Shown here: positions 54,942-64,000 of the stretch, piece by piece
Numbering within the stretch: the stretch's first letter is position 1
How the letters are laid out: every line of letters starts with the position of its first letter
Assembly: GCA_004213405.1 (NCBI GenBank)
Contig: SGYR01000003.1
Coordinates: 4,925 to 68,924, forward strand
Length of the DNA: 64,000 nucleotides
Source of the DNA: Candidatus Actinomarinales bacterium
Lineage (GTDB): Bacteria > Actinomycetota > Acidimicrobiia > Actinomarinales > Actinomarinaceae
Reading direction: 5' to 3'
Notes under the pieces: generated by a model
Database searches by the model: none
What the model was told of the DNA's origin: nothing
Seen by the model: only the letters and a program-made list of their open reading frames with translations
Made by a program: the position numbers and the translations under genes

Positions 54942-55247
54942 TTACCAGGAAGCTTTCTTAATACCAGGCAACTCACCTTTTAATGCTAAGTCTCTAAATG
55001 TATTTCTTGACATTCCAAATTTTCTGAGGGTACCTCTTGGTCTACCTGTTACTTCGCAACGGTTTCGATGTCTAGTAGCAGAAGCATCTCTCGGCATTTT
55101 TGCAATCTTTTTTTGAGCTTCACGTTTCTCATCATATGATGTATTAGGATCTTTAATGACCTTAAGCAATTCTTGGCGTCTTTCAGCGTAGACTGAGATT
55201 GCTCTCTTTCTTTGATTGTTTTTTACTATTTTGCTCGTTTTTGCCAT
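54942..55247 (-). CDS. rpsN: 30S ribosomal protein S14, long (101 aa) zinc-independent form
   Basis: 101 aa with a single Cys and no CxxC pairs. Sits in the spc operon between rplE and rpsH. Confidence 0.97.
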   Translation of the reverse strand: MAKTSKIVKNNQRKRAISVYAERRQELLKVIKDPNTSYDEKREAQKKIAKMPRDASATRHRNRCEVTGRPRGTLRKFGMSRNTFRDLALKGELPGIKKASW

Positions 55248-55249
55248 AA

Positions 55250-55795
55250 TTAATTCTCCCTAAATGGAAATCCTAGCGATTGTAATAATACATAACCTTT
55301 TTCGTTATCGTTAGCAGAAGTACAAATTGTAATATTCATTCCTCTAATGTCTCTAACCTTGTCATATTCAACTTCAGGAAAAACTAACTGTTCATTTAAT
55401 CCAAGTGTGTAATTTCCGTTTCCATCAAACGATTTTTTATTAAAACCTCTAAAGTCACGAATTCTTGGGACAACAACTTGTACAAACCTGTCATAAAATT
55501 CCCACATTCTGTCACCTCTTAAAGTAACAGATGTACCAATTGGCATACCTTCTCTAATTTTAAATCCAGCAATTGATTTTTTTGCTCTTCTGATTACAGG
55601 TTTTTGTCCAGAAATTGCAGTTAATTCATCAACCATAGACTCAAGCGCTCTACCATCTGTAGCTGCTTTTCCATCACCGATATTGATAATTATTTTTTCA
55701 AGACTTGGTATTTCATTTACATTACTCAATTGAAGCTCAGACATAATCTTTTGCTTTAACTCGGTATTAAACTGCTCTTTTAGTCTAGGAATCAT
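55250..55795 (-). CDS. rplE: 50S ribosomal protein L5
   Basis: 181 aa, canonical uL5. Confidence 0.98.
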   Translation of the reverse strand: MIPRLKEQFNTELKQKIMSELQLSNVNEIPSLEKIIINIGDGKAATDGRALESMVDELTAISGQKPVIRRAKKSIAGFKIREGMPIGTSVTLRGDRMWEFYDRFVQVVVPRIRDFRGFNKKSFDGNGNYTLGLNEQLVFPEVEYDKVRDIRGMNITICTSANDNEKGYVLLQSLGFPFREN

Positions 55796-56094
55796 ACTTC
55801 ATCACCTGTCTGGGCTAATATTCTATATTTTTTGCCATTTTTATCAAACTTATAACCAACTCGTCCCGATTTCTTTTTTACAACTAATGCAACATTGGAT
55901 ACGTTTATTGGCATACTTTTATCAATAACTCCACCTTGCATTGTTTGACCCTGTGGTTTTTGATGTTTTTTATTAACATTTACTCCCTCAACTAGGACAG
56001 TACCTTTTTTTGGAAATGCTTGTAAAACTTTTCCTTCTTTACCAGCATCTTTTCCTGATATTACTTTTACTATGTCTCCTTTTTGGATTTTCAT
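55792..56094 (-). CDS. rplX: 50S ribosomal protein L24
   Basis: 100 aa, canonical uL24. Confidence 0.98.
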   Translation of the reverse strand: MKIQKGDIVKVISGKDAGKEGKVLQAFPKKGTVLVEGVNVNKKHQKPQGQTMQGGVIDKSMPINVSNVALVVKKKSGRVGYKFDKNGKKYRILAQTGDEV

Positions 56095-56462
56095 TACAAA
56101 ACCTCTGGAGCTAAAGAAACTATTCTCATAAATTTTTTTTCTCTTAATTCTCTACCTACCGGTCCAAAAATTCTTGTTCCTCGAGGTTGCTCTTGTTCAT
56201 TAATAATTACACATGCATTTTCGTCAAAACGTATATAAGTTCCATCTTTTCTTCTAGTTTCTTTCTTCGTTCTAACAACAACGGCTTGAACGATGTCACC
56301 TTTTTTGATTTGACCACCTGGTATAGCGTCTTTTACTGTAGCAACAAAAGTATCTCCTAGTCCAGCATATCTTATTCGAGAGCTTCCTTTAACTTTGATA
56401 CAAAGTACTTCTTTTGCACCAGAGTTGTCAGCAACTTTAAGTCTAGATTCTTTTTGAATCAT
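56094..56462 (-). CDS. rplN: 50S ribosomal protein L14
   Basis: 122 aa, canonical uL14. Confidence 0.99.
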   Translation of the reverse strand: MIQKESRLKVADNSGAKEVLCIKVKGSSRIRYAGLGDTFVATVKDAIPGGQIKKGDIVQAVVVRTKKETRRKDGTYIRFDENACVIINEQEQPRGTRIFGPVGRELREKKFMRIVSLAPEVL

Positions 56463-56722
56463 CTTGCCCTCTCCACTACTTCAGTTACACGCCATTTTTT
56501 TGTTTTAGAAAATGGTTTAGTTTCCATTATTTTGACTGTGTCGCCTACTTTTGCTTCAAAACTTTCATCATGAGCATGTAATTTTCTTGTCTTTTTAACA
56601 ATTTTTTTGTATTTTGGATGAGGAAATTGAAGTTCTATTGCAACTGTTACGGTTTTTTCACGGGCATCAGAAACAACTATTCCGGTCCTTACTTTTCTTG
56701 ATGATCTTTCCATACTTTCCAC
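56459..56722 (-). CDS. rpsQ: 30S ribosomal protein S17
   Basis: 87 aa, canonical uS17. Confidence 0.98.
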   Translation of the reverse strand: MESMERSSRKVRTGIVVSDAREKTVTVAIELQFPHPKYKKIVKKTRKLHAHDESFEAKVGDTVKIMETKPFSKTKKWRVTEVVERAR

Positions 56723-56934
56723 TATTCAGCTACCTCATTATTCAATTCGTTTAGTTTTTCAGTTAAGACTGTGTTTGCTTGTGCAATCTCTTTTTTAATT
56801 TTTCTAAAAACGGATGTGTCTTCTATCTGGCTTGTTGCAAGTGCAAATCTAGAGTCCATAAGTTCTTTTTTCAAATCAACTATTTTATTTTCTAATTCTT
56901 GAACAGAAAGTTCTCTTAAATCATTTACACTCAT
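56722..56934 (-). CDS. rpmC: 50S ribosomal protein L29
   Basis: 70 aa, canonical uL29. Confidence 0.97.
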   Translation of the reverse strand: MSVNDLRELSVQELENKIVDLKKELMDSRFALATSQIEDTSVFRKIKKEIAQANTVLTEKLNELNNEVAE

Positions 56935-57344
56935 ACGTTATCCCTCATAACAAATTTAGTTTTCATAGGTAGCTTGTGACCAGCTTTTCTCATTGCTTCA
57001 CGAGCAACATCCTCCGGCACACCAGATATTTCGAATAGTATACGACCCGGCTTAACTACTGCCACATAATATTCAACATTTCCTTTACCAGACCCCATTC
57101 TTACTTCTGCAGGCTTTTTTGTAATTGGTTTGTGAGGAAAGATATTAATCCATACTTTACCGCCACGTTTCATGGTTCGTGTAATAGTAATTCTTGCAGC
57201 TTCTATTTGTCTACCAGTGACATATGAGGTTTCAACTGCTTGTATACCAAAGTCACCAAATGAAACAACGTTACCACCTTTTGAATTACCTTTTCGTCTT
57301 CCTCGAAAAGACTTTCTATATTTTGTTTTCTTTGGCATTAACAT
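56931..57344 (-). CDS. rplP: 50S ribosomal protein L16
   Basis: 137 aa, canonical uL16. Confidence 0.98.
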   Translation of the reverse strand: MLMPKKTKYRKSFRGRRKGNSKGGNVVSFGDFGIQAVETSYVTGRQIEAARITITRTMKRGGKVWINIFPHKPITKKPAEVRMGSGKGNVEYYVAVVKPGRILFEISGVPEDVAREAMRKAGHKLPMKTKFVMRDNV

Positions 57345-57348
57345 ATTT

Positions 57349-58248
57349 TTACTCTTCTTCTAAAATTGATTTTTCTTCTTCAAACTTTGCTTGAGCGTCT
57401 TCTTTGGTAATTTTTTTACCACCACCAGCTTCAACTATTTTTGATGCTTGTTCCTCATTAGTTTTTTTACCACCACCAGCTTCTAGAATTTTTGATTCTT
57501 TCTTTTCTCCAACAGCAGCTTCCGCTCTTGATTTAACTGATTTAACTCTTCCAGCTGCTGGACCACCACTAGCTAAGTTTGCTTCCGCAGATATTTTTTC
57601 TTGTCTAAGCTTGTTTGAACCAACAACATCACCTTTATAAACCCAAACTTTTACACCGATTGCTCCGACTGTTGTGTGTGCTGCTGCTCTTCCAAAATCT
57701 ATGTCGGCGCGTAATGTATGGAGAGGCACTCTTCCTTCTCTGTACCATTCTCTTCTTCCCATTTCTGCTCCACCAAGTCTTCCAGAACATTCAACTCTGA
57801 CGCCTTCAGCACCAGCTTTTAATGCAGCAGTAACAGCTCTCTTCATAGCTCTTCTAAAAGCTACTCTGTTTTCTAATTGGTCTGCTATTCCTCTAGCCAA
57901 AAGTTGGGCGTCTAGTTCTGCTTCTCTGATTTCTATAATATTCAGCTTTACTGGCTGCTTAGATAGCTTTTCAATTCCTTTTCTTAACCTGTCTGCTTCA
58001 ACACCTTTACGGCCGATTACTACTCCTGGTCTGGCTGTATGTATGTCTACAGTCAATGTTCCACCTTTGTCTCTTCTTTCAATGTCTATACGAGAAACAG
58101 CAGCCTTAGGAAGCTGTCGTGATAGAAAATCTCTAATTTGATAATCTTGATTAACTAAGTCTTTGTAATCTTTACTGTTAAACCAACGAGATTTCCAGTC
58201 GTTTACAATACCGATTCTAAATGCATATGGATGTGTTTTTTGACCCAT
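57349..58248 (-). CDS. rpsC: 30S ribosomal protein S3 with repeat-containing C-terminal extension
   Basis: 299 aa. Canonical uS3 core plus the tail ...[47 protein letters not shown]. Confidence 0.98.
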   Translation of the reverse strand: MGQKTHPYAFRIGIVNDWKSRWFNSKDYKDLVNQDYQIRDFLSRQLPKAAVSRIDIERRDKGGTLTVDIHTARPGVVIGRKGVEADRLRKGIEKLSKQPVKLNIIEIREAELDAQLLARGIADQLENRVAFRRAMKRAVTAALKAGAEGVRVECSGRLGGAEMGRREWYREGRVPLHTLRADIDFGRAAAHTTVGAIGVKVWVYKGDVVGSNKLRQEKISAEANLASGGPAAGRVKSVKSRAEAAVGEKKESKILEAGGGKKTNEEQASKIVEAGGGKKITKEDAQAKFEEEKSILEEE

Positions 58249-58595
58249 TATTCACTCACACTTTCTAACTCAATTAGTAAATGGGTAGTTCTTTTATTAA
58301 TTCTTCCAGCCCTACCTCTTGCACGTGGTCTAAATCTTTTTAGTGTTGGTCCTTCATTAGCAATTGCTTTTGAAATATATAAATCAGAAGAGTCTAAATT
58401 GTAGTTTGCTTCAGCATTTGCAATAGCACTTTCGAGGAGCTGTTTTATTTCAGTTGCCGCTTTTCTTTTTGTAAAAGTTAATACATTTAAAGCATCTTGT
58501 ACGTCAAGTCCTCTAATGAGATTTAAAACAAGTCTCATTTTATATGGAGATTGCCTTAAATATTTACTTTGTGCTTTTACGGTTGTTTTTTCCAT
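58248..58595 (-). CDS. rplV: 50S ribosomal protein L22
   Basis: 115 aa, canonical uL22. Confidence 0.98.
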   Translation of the reverse strand: MEKTTVKAQSKYLRQSPYKMRLVLNLIRGLDVQDALNVLTFTKRKAATEIKQLLESAIANAEANYNLDSSDLYISKAIANEGPTLKRFRPRARGRAGRINKRTTHLLIELESVSE

Positions 58596-58858
58596 TAGCT
58601 TTGTCCTGGGTGTCCTTTAAATGTTCTTGTTGGTGAAAACTCTCCGAGTTTGTGTCCAACCATTGCTTCTGTTATGAATACTGGTAAGTGCTGTTTTCCA
58701 TTATGTACAGCTATTGTTAAACCAACCATTTCAGGGACAACAGTTGAGCGACGACTCCAAGTCTTTATGACTCCCTTGTTGCCAGTATTTTGAGCTTCTT
58801 CTACTTTTTTTAGAAGATGCTCATCAACAAATGGTCCTTTTCTTAAACTTCTTGACAT
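58595..58858 (-). CDS. rpsS: 30S ribosomal protein S19
   Basis: Canonical uS19. Start at [10 protein letters not shown]; the ORF-track start at 58894 would overlap rplB. Confidence 0.98.
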   Translation of the reverse strand: MSRSLRKGPFVDEHLLKKVEEAQNTGNKGVIKTWSRRSTVVPEMVGLTIAVHNGKQHLPVFITEAMVGHKLGEFSPTRTFKGHPGQS

Positions 58859-58859
58859 A

Positions 58860-59693
58860 TTAGTTTCTTCCCTTTTGTGATCTACGTCTAACAATTGACT
58901 TAGTACTATATTTATTTTTCTTTCTAGTCTTTTTCTCAGGTTTTCCCCATGGGCTTACAGGAACACGACCTCCAGAAGATTTACCCTCTCCACCACCAAG
59001 TGGGTGGTCAACAGGGTTCATAGCAACACCTCTAGTCTGTGGCCTGACACCTTTCCATCTATTTCTTCCAGCTTTTCCTAACTTTGTTAATTCTGCCTCT
59101 GCATTACCGACAGTTCCGACAGTTGCTCTACAGTCCATAGGAACATTTCTCATCTCACCAGATGGAAGTCTTAATAATGCTGTGTCGCCTTCTTTGCTCA
59201 TTAACTGCACTGAAGATCCTGCAGATCGAGCCATTTTGGCTCCTCCACCAGGTCTTAACTCTACAGCATGAACAAATGTACCAGCAGGAATGTTTCTTAG
59301 CGGAAGACAGTTTCCATCTTTTATGTCTGCTTTAGAACCAGACTCAATAATTGAATCTACTTCAACTCCATCCGGAGCAATGATGTAAGCTTTTTCACCA
59401 TCAACATAATGAAGTAGTGCTATTCTTGCATTTCTGTTTGGATCATATTCTATTCCAGCTACTCTTGCTGGAATTCCATCCTTAATTCTCTTAAAATCTA
59501 TAACTCTATATTTTTGTTTATGTCCGCCGCCTCTATGGCGAGATGTTATTCGACCCTTATTATTTCTTCCACCAGAAGATTTTTTGGACTGTAACAATGA
59601 CTTTTCAGGTTTCTTTTTTGTAATATCTTTAAAGTCAGTTGAAACCTGACCTCTCATGCCTGGAGTTACTGGTCTAATTTTTTTTGAACCCAT
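58860..59693 (-). CDS. rplB: 50S ribosomal protein L2
   Basis: 277 aa, canonical uL2. Confidence 0.99.
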   Translation of the reverse strand: MGSKKIRPVTPGMRGQVSTDFKDITKKKPEKSLLQSKKSSGGRNNKGRITSRHRGGGHKQKYRVIDFKRIKDGIPARVAGIEYDPNRNARIALLHYVDGEKAYIIAPDGVEVDSIIESGSKADIKDGNCLPLRNIPAGTFVHAVELRPGGGAKMARSAGSSVQLMSKEGDTALLRLPSGEMRNVPMDCRATVGTVGNAEAELTKLGKAGRNRWKGVRPQTRGVAMNPVDHPLGGGEGKSSGGRVPVSPWGKPEKKTRKKNKYSTKSIVRRRSQKGRN

Positions 59694-59695
59694 AA

Positions 59696-59983
59696 TTAAA
59701 CTCCAAAAGCCTCAATCGTTTCACCTTCAGAAAGTGTAACTATTGCTATTTTTCTATTACTTTGCTGGCCAAATACATATCCGAATCTTTTCTTCTTGCC
59801 TTTGCGGTACATTGTGTTAACTCTGAGTACATTAACACCAAACATTTGTTCAACGGCTTTTTTGATTTGAGGCTTATCAGTTTTTGGGTGGACAAAAAAT
59901 GTATAAGAATTTGAGTCAGCAATTCTGTCATAAGATTTTTCAGAAATAACAGGTGCAATCAATACGTCTTCAAGATATTTCAT
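59696..59983 (-). CDS. rplW: 50S ribosomal protein L23
   Basis: 95 aa, canonical uL23. Confidence 0.98.
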   Translation of the reverse strand: MKYLEDVLIAPVISEKSYDRIADSNSYTFFVHPKTDKPQIKKAVEQMFGVNVLRVNTMYRKGKKKRFGYVFGQQSNRKIAIVTLSEGETIEAFGV

Positions 59984-60603
59984 TATTCATCCCCTAAATA
60001 TTTTGAGATAGCGCTTGTAGAAAAAATTGTATAATCGGTTGATATGATATCAATTGCAGCAACTTTGCTTACAGAGACTAATTTTGAGTCTTCTAAGTTT
60101 CTGAATGACTTGAATAAAACTTCGTCTTCATCGGAATAAACAAATGTAAAGCTTCTTTTGATATCAAATTCTTTTACAGATGAGGCAGCTAATTTAGTAG
60201 AGGGAGATTCTATACCATTCCCATCAATCACAAACACTGATTCTTCTGAAATTCTTTGAGAAATCGCCATGGCTAATGCCTTGCTTTTCATTTTTTTTGG
60301 TGTCCTATCTTTATATACCCTAGTTCCAGGACCGTGAGCAACACCACCACCAACAAATTGCGGGGACCTTAAAGAACCTTGACGTGCTCGTCCTGTTCCT
60401 TTTTGAGCCCAAGGTTTTGCACCAGTACCAGAAACTTGAGCCCTTGTTTTAACCGATGCAGTATTATTTCTAAAATTTGTTCTACTTCCCTTTACAACTT
60501 GATGCAAAAGACCAACATTTATATCTTCAATTGGTTCAAATTTGTATTGTTTTTTTGAAACTTTGTTTTCTTTTGTATTTAAGGTATCTAATTTAACACT
60601 CAT
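59983..60603 (-). CDS. rplD: 50S ribosomal protein L4
   Basis: 206 aa, canonical uL4. Confidence 0.98.
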   Translation of the reverse strand: MSVKLDTLNTKENKVSKKQYKFEPIEDINVGLLHQVVKGSRTNFRNNTASVKTRAQVSGTGAKPWAQKGTGRARQGSLRSPQFVGGGVAHGPGTRVYKDRTPKKMKSKALAMAISQRISEESVFVIDGNGIESPSTKLAASSVKEFDIKRSFTFVYSDEDEVLFKSFRNLEDSKLVSVSKVAAIDIISTDYTIFSTSAISKYLGDE

Positions 60604-61232
60604 TGCTTAACCTTTACAGCCTTTTGAACTTTTACAATGTTTCCCTTGTTGCCAGGTACAGAACCGTTTACCAATAAGTAATTTTTTTCTTCGTTTAGAC
60701 CAACAATGGTGACTGATTGTATTGTTGACTTTTCATTTCCCATTCTTCCAGCCATTTTTTGACCTTTAAATACATGTCCTGGATATGAAGCATTACCAAT
60801 AGAACCTCCTGCTCTATGCACTTTATGAACACCGTGGCTAGCTTTTTGGCCTGAAAAATTATGTCTTTTCATTACTCCAGCAAATCCTTTTCCTTTTGAA
60901 ATTCCTGAAATGTCTACTTTTTGTCCAACTTCGAAAACATCTGAAACTTTCACTACAGCACCAGGATTTAATTCGAAACTTTCATCTACTTCAACTTCGA
61001 AAACAATTTCCCCTGGTTCAGAATTATATTTTTTAAAATGATTTTGGAGAGGTTTAGTAGAGTTTTTTTTGGTTCCTATTGTAAGTTGGACTGCACTATA
61101 TCCATCAACTTCGTTGTTTTTTATCTGAACTACTCTACAATCTGAAACATCTAGAACAGTAACTCCACGGGCTTTGTAGTTCTCATCAAATATCTGAGTC
61201 ATACCAACTTTTCTCGCTATTAAAGTGTTCAT
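60600..61232 (-). CDS. rplC: 50S ribosomal protein L3
   Basis: 210 aa, canonical uL3. Confidence 0.98.
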   Translation of the reverse strand: MNTLIARKVGMTQIFDENYKARGVTVLDVSDCRVVQIKNNEVDGYSAVQLTIGTKKNSTKPLQNHFKKYNSEPGEIVFEVEVDESFELNPGAVVKVSDVFEVGQKVDISGISKGKGFAGVMKRHNFSGQKASHGVHKVHRAGGSIGNASYPGHVFKGQKMAGRMGNEKSTIQSVTIVGLNEEKNYLLVNGSVPGNKGNIVKVQKAVKVKQ

Positions 61233-61540
61233 AATTTAATCTCTACTTCAACGCCTGCTGGTAGATCGAGTCTCATAAGTGAATCAACTGTTTTTGGGGT
61301 TGGTTCAACTATATCAATCAATCGCTTATGAATTCTCATTTCAAAATGTTCACGAGACTTTTTATCTACGTGAGGTGACCTGATTACACAGTATCTATGT
61401 ATTTGAGTTGGTAACGGCACAGGACCTTTAACTTTTGCTTGTGTTTTTAGAACTGTTTCAGCAATTTTACGTGCAGATTCATCAACAACATAGTTGTCGT
61501 AAGCTTTAAGCTTTATTCTAATTTGTTGTCCTTTTGCCAT
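61229..61540 (-). CDS. rpsJ: 30S ribosomal protein S10
   Basis: 103 aa, canonical uS10. Confidence 0.99.
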   Translation of the reverse strand: MAKGQQIRIKLKAYDNYVVDESARKIAETVLKTQAKVKGPVPLPTQIHRYCVIRSPHVDKKSREHFEMRIHKRLIDIVEPTPKTVDSLMRLDLPAGVEVEIKL

Positions 61541-61548
61541 TTTTTCCT

Positions 61549-61584
61549 CAAAAAAAACCGGGAGTATGAATTCTACTCCCGGTT
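61549..61584 (-). terminator. intrinsic terminator between tuf and rpsJ
   Basis: Minus strand AACCGGGAGTA-GAATTCA-TACTCCCGGTT followed by an 8-U run, then GAGGA and the rpsJ ATG. Confidence 0.8.
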
Positions 61585-61592
61585 AGTTTTTA

Positions 61593-62777
61593 TTACTCGA
61601 TAACTTTTGTCACCTGACCAGCTCCAACAGTTCTACCACCTTCTCTAATTGCGAACTTCACTCCCTCTTCCATTGCAATTGGAGATATGAGTTCTACAGA
61701 AATAGAAACGTTGTCACCAGGCATAACCATTTCAGTACCTTCACTAAGAGTTACTTCACCAGTAACGTCAGTAGTTCTGAAATAGAATTGCGGTCTATAT
61801 CCTTTGAAAAATGGATTGTGTCTTCCACCTTCTTCTTTAGTAAGAACATAAACTTCTGCTTCAAACTTTGTATGAGGTGTAATTGAGCCAGGTTTTGCAA
61901 TAACCTGTCCTCTTTCAACATCATCTTTATCAACTCCACGTAAGAGAAGACCGACGTTGTCACCTGCTCTACCTTCATCAAGAAGTTTTCTGAACATCTC
62001 AACACCAGTACAGACTGATTTAGATGTTTCTCTAATTCCAACAATCTCAACTTCTTCGTTTACGTTAACGATACCTTGTTCAATTCTTCCTGTTACAACA
62101 GTACCTCTACCAGTAATAGAGAATACGTCTTCAACAGGCATCAAAAATGGTTTATCAACAATTCTTGTTGGTTCTTCAATATAAGCATCAACTTGGTCCA
62201 TTAATTCCTTAACAGCATTAATACCTTCTTCTTTGCCTTCAAGAGCAGCGAGTGCTGAACCTTTAACTACAGGAACATCATCACCTGGAAAGTCATATTC
62301 GTTTAATAATTCTCTAACTTCCATTTCTACAAGATCTAAAAGTTCATCATCATCAACTTGATCGACTTTGTTTAGGAATACAGCAATAGCTGGTACACCA
62401 ACTTGCCTTGCTAGAAGTACGTGTTCTCTAGTTTGTGGCATAGGACCATCTGCTGCAGAAACTACCAAAATTGCTCCATCAACCTGAGCTGCACCCGTAA
62501 TCATGTTTTTAACATAATCAGCGTGACCAGGCATGTCTACGTGAGCATAATGTCTGTTTTCAGTTTCATACTCAACGTGAGCAATCTGAATTGTGATTCC
62601 TCTTTCCCTCTCTTCAGGGGCTTTGTCAATATCTTCAAAAGCTGTAACATCGCCTGAACCAGCCTCAGCTAAAACTTTTGTAATAGCGGCCGTCAATGTG
62701 GTTTTACCGTGGTCAATGTGTCCCATTGTACCAACGTTCACATGAGGCTTGCTACGGTCAAATTTTTCCTTTGACAT
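61593..62777 (-). CDS. tuf: elongation factor Tu
   Basis: 394 aa; [22 protein letters not shown]. Confidence 0.99.
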   Translation of the reverse strand: MSKEKFDRSKPHVNVGTMGHIDHGKTTLTAAITKVLAEAGSGDVTAFEDIDKAPEERERGITIQIAHVEYETENRHYAHVDMPGHADYVKNMITGAAQVDGAILVVSAADGPMPQTREHVLLARQVGVPAIAVFLNKVDQVDDDELLDLVEMEVRELLNEYDFPGDDVPVVKGSALAALEGKEEGINAVKELMDQVDAYIEEPTRIVDKPFLMPVEDVFSITGRGTVVTGRIEQGIVNVNEEVEIVGIRETSKSVCTGVEMFRKLLDEGRAGDNVGLLLRGVDKDDVERGQVIAKPGSITPHTKFEAEVYVLTKEEGGRHNPFFKGYRPQFYFRTTDVTGEVTLSEGTEMVMPGDNVSISVELISPIAMEEGVKFAIREGGRTVGAGQVTKVIE

Positions 62778-62814
62778 ATTTTCTCCTTTTTTTTAAATCT
62801 AAACCTATTAAGGT

Positions 62815-64000
62815 TTAAACTTCTACCTCTACTCCACGAATACTCGCAGTTATTTCTTTAGTTATGCTGTCTGGTACGTCCTCATAACTATCAAACTGCA
62901 TCGTAAATGTTGCACGGCCTTGTGTTCGAGAACGCAAATCAGTTGCGTATCCAAACATTTCTGATAATGGTACTTTTGCATTGACGACCTTTGCAGATCC
63001 TCTTTGCTCCATTTCAGCTATCTTTCCTCTTCTTGAGGAAAGATCTCCGACAACATCTCCCATGAAATCTTCAGGTGTTACCACCTCTACAGTCATAACT
63101 GGTTCGAGCAATTTAACACCAGCTTTTTTTGCACCATCTTTAAGTGCCATTGATCCAGCAATTTTAAATGCCATTTCTGAAGAGTCAACATCATGGTAAG
63201 TTCCATCCTTAAGGGTTGCCCTTATATTTACTAATGGATATCCAGCTAAAACTCCTGTTTCCATTGCGGCCTCAACTCCAGCATTTACAGATGGTATATA
63301 TTCTCTTGGTATTCTTCCACTTTTGATTAAGTCTACAAATTCATACCCATCATCTATAGGTTCTAATTCCATTATTACATGACCATATTGTCCACGACCA
63401 CCACTTTGTCTTATATATTTTGCTTCAACATCTGTTTTCTTCTTTAAAGCTTCTCGATAAGCTACTTGAGGTTTTCCAATATTTGCTTCAACTTTAAATT
63501 CTCTCTTTAACCTATCAACTAATATGTCAAGGTGTAATTCACCCATTCCAGATATTATTGTTTGTCCAGTTTCTTCATCAGATTGCACACGGAATGTTGG
63601 ATCTTCTTCAGCTAGTTTTTGTAAACCTTCTGATAATTTCTCTTCATCAGCTTTTGATTTTGGCTCAATAGCTACAGAAATAACAGGCTCAGGAAAAGTC
63701 ATTGATTCTAATTGAATAAGCTGCGATGAGTCTGATAAAGTGTCTCCAGTTTTTGCATTCTTTAAGCCGACACCCGCAACAATATCTCCTGCGCAAATAA
63801 AATCTATGTCTTCCCTTGAGTTGGAGTGCATTCTTAGGATTCTTCCCAGTCTTTCTTCTTTTCCAGTTGTAGTATTGGTTACTTTGTCACCTTTATTTAA
63901 TGTTCCTGAATAAACTCTAAAGTATGTAAGCTTACCAACATGCGGATCGCTCACTACTTTGAAAGCTAATGCAGAAAATGGTTCCTCATCACTGTGAGAT
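62815..64000 (-). CDS. fusA: elongation factor G, C-terminal about 395 aa; N-terminus lies beyond the window end
   Basis: Domains II-V of EF-G ([29 protein letters not shown]). The frame stays open to the window edge. Confidence 0.97.
   Translation of the reverse strand, partial: SHSDEEPFSALAFKVVSDPHVGKLTYFRVYSGTLNKGDKVTNTTTGKEERLGRILRMHSNSREDIDFICAGDIVAGVGLKNAKTGDTLSDSSQLIQLESMTFPEPVISVAIEPKSKADEEKLSEGLQKLAEEDPTFRVQSDEETGQTIISGMGELHLDILVDRLKREFKVEANIGKPQVAYREALKKKTDVEAKYIRQSGGRGQYGHVIMELEPIDDGYEFVDLIKSGRIPREYIPSVNAGVEAAMETGVLAGYPLVNIRATLKDGTYHDVDSSEMAFKIAGSMALKDGAKKAGVKLLEPVMTVEVVTPEDFMGDVVGDLSSRRGKIAEMEQRGSAKVVNAKVPLSEMFGYATDLRSRTQGRATFTMQFDSYEDVPDSITKEITASIRGVEVEV

Noticed and set aside
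57404-57500. Direct DNA repeats in rpsC as a possible CRISPR or mini-satellite
   Set aside because: There are only two copies. They are in frame within a ribosomal protein tail and encode a duplicated peptide, so this is not a repeat-spacer array.

Overview
This is a very AT-rich (about one-third G+C by eye), extremely gene-dense stretch of core bacterial chromosome. I found no rRNA, tRNA, CRISPR array or mobile element. A WhiB-family regulator and Mycobacterium-like gene order (rplM-rpsI-glmM, then glmS, then alr-tsaE-tsaB-rimI-tsaD-groES-groEL) point to a low-GC, streamlined actinobacterium, possibly a marine Actinomarinales or Acidimicrobiia-like lineage; this is inference.

Content from left to right:
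- A LIV-type ABC importer operon with an embedded acyl-CoA synthetase.
- htrA, a degenerate DUF2342-like protein, a peroxiredoxin and whiB.
- A TCA block: sdhCDAB, then mdh-icd-sucDC on the opposite strand.
- pcrA and trpS.
- A short mixed region: EamA, Nudix, YceI-like, plsC, FMN reductase, csaA, a thioredoxin-fold gene, a Fur-family regulator with cbiQO, an esterase, and a GATase-like protein.
- A complete shikimate/Phe/Tyr supraoperon.
- groESL, the tsa genes, alr, glmS, glmM.
- The contiguous alpha, spc and S10 ribosomal operons, followed by tuf and partial fusA.

Features missing from or mis-started in the ORF track:
- A 14-codon leader peptide, MKLNNAYFYFREHI, with terminator and antiterminator elements in front of the aromatic operon.
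- A thioredoxin-fold gene with an in-frame TGA exactly at the CXXC cysteine position (U-L-G-C), followed by a downstream hairpin. It is a selenoprotein candidate.
- A glmS ribozyme with its own promoter.
- aroQ and an EamA transporter, whose conserved N-termini can only be reached from ATT or ATA start codons.
- rpmJ, rpmD and a 57-aa membrane ORF, all below the track size cutoff.
- A perfect 7-1-7 Fur/Nur-type operator in front of cbiQO.
- Cysteine-free (zinc-independent) L36 and long-form S14 in the core ribosomal operons.
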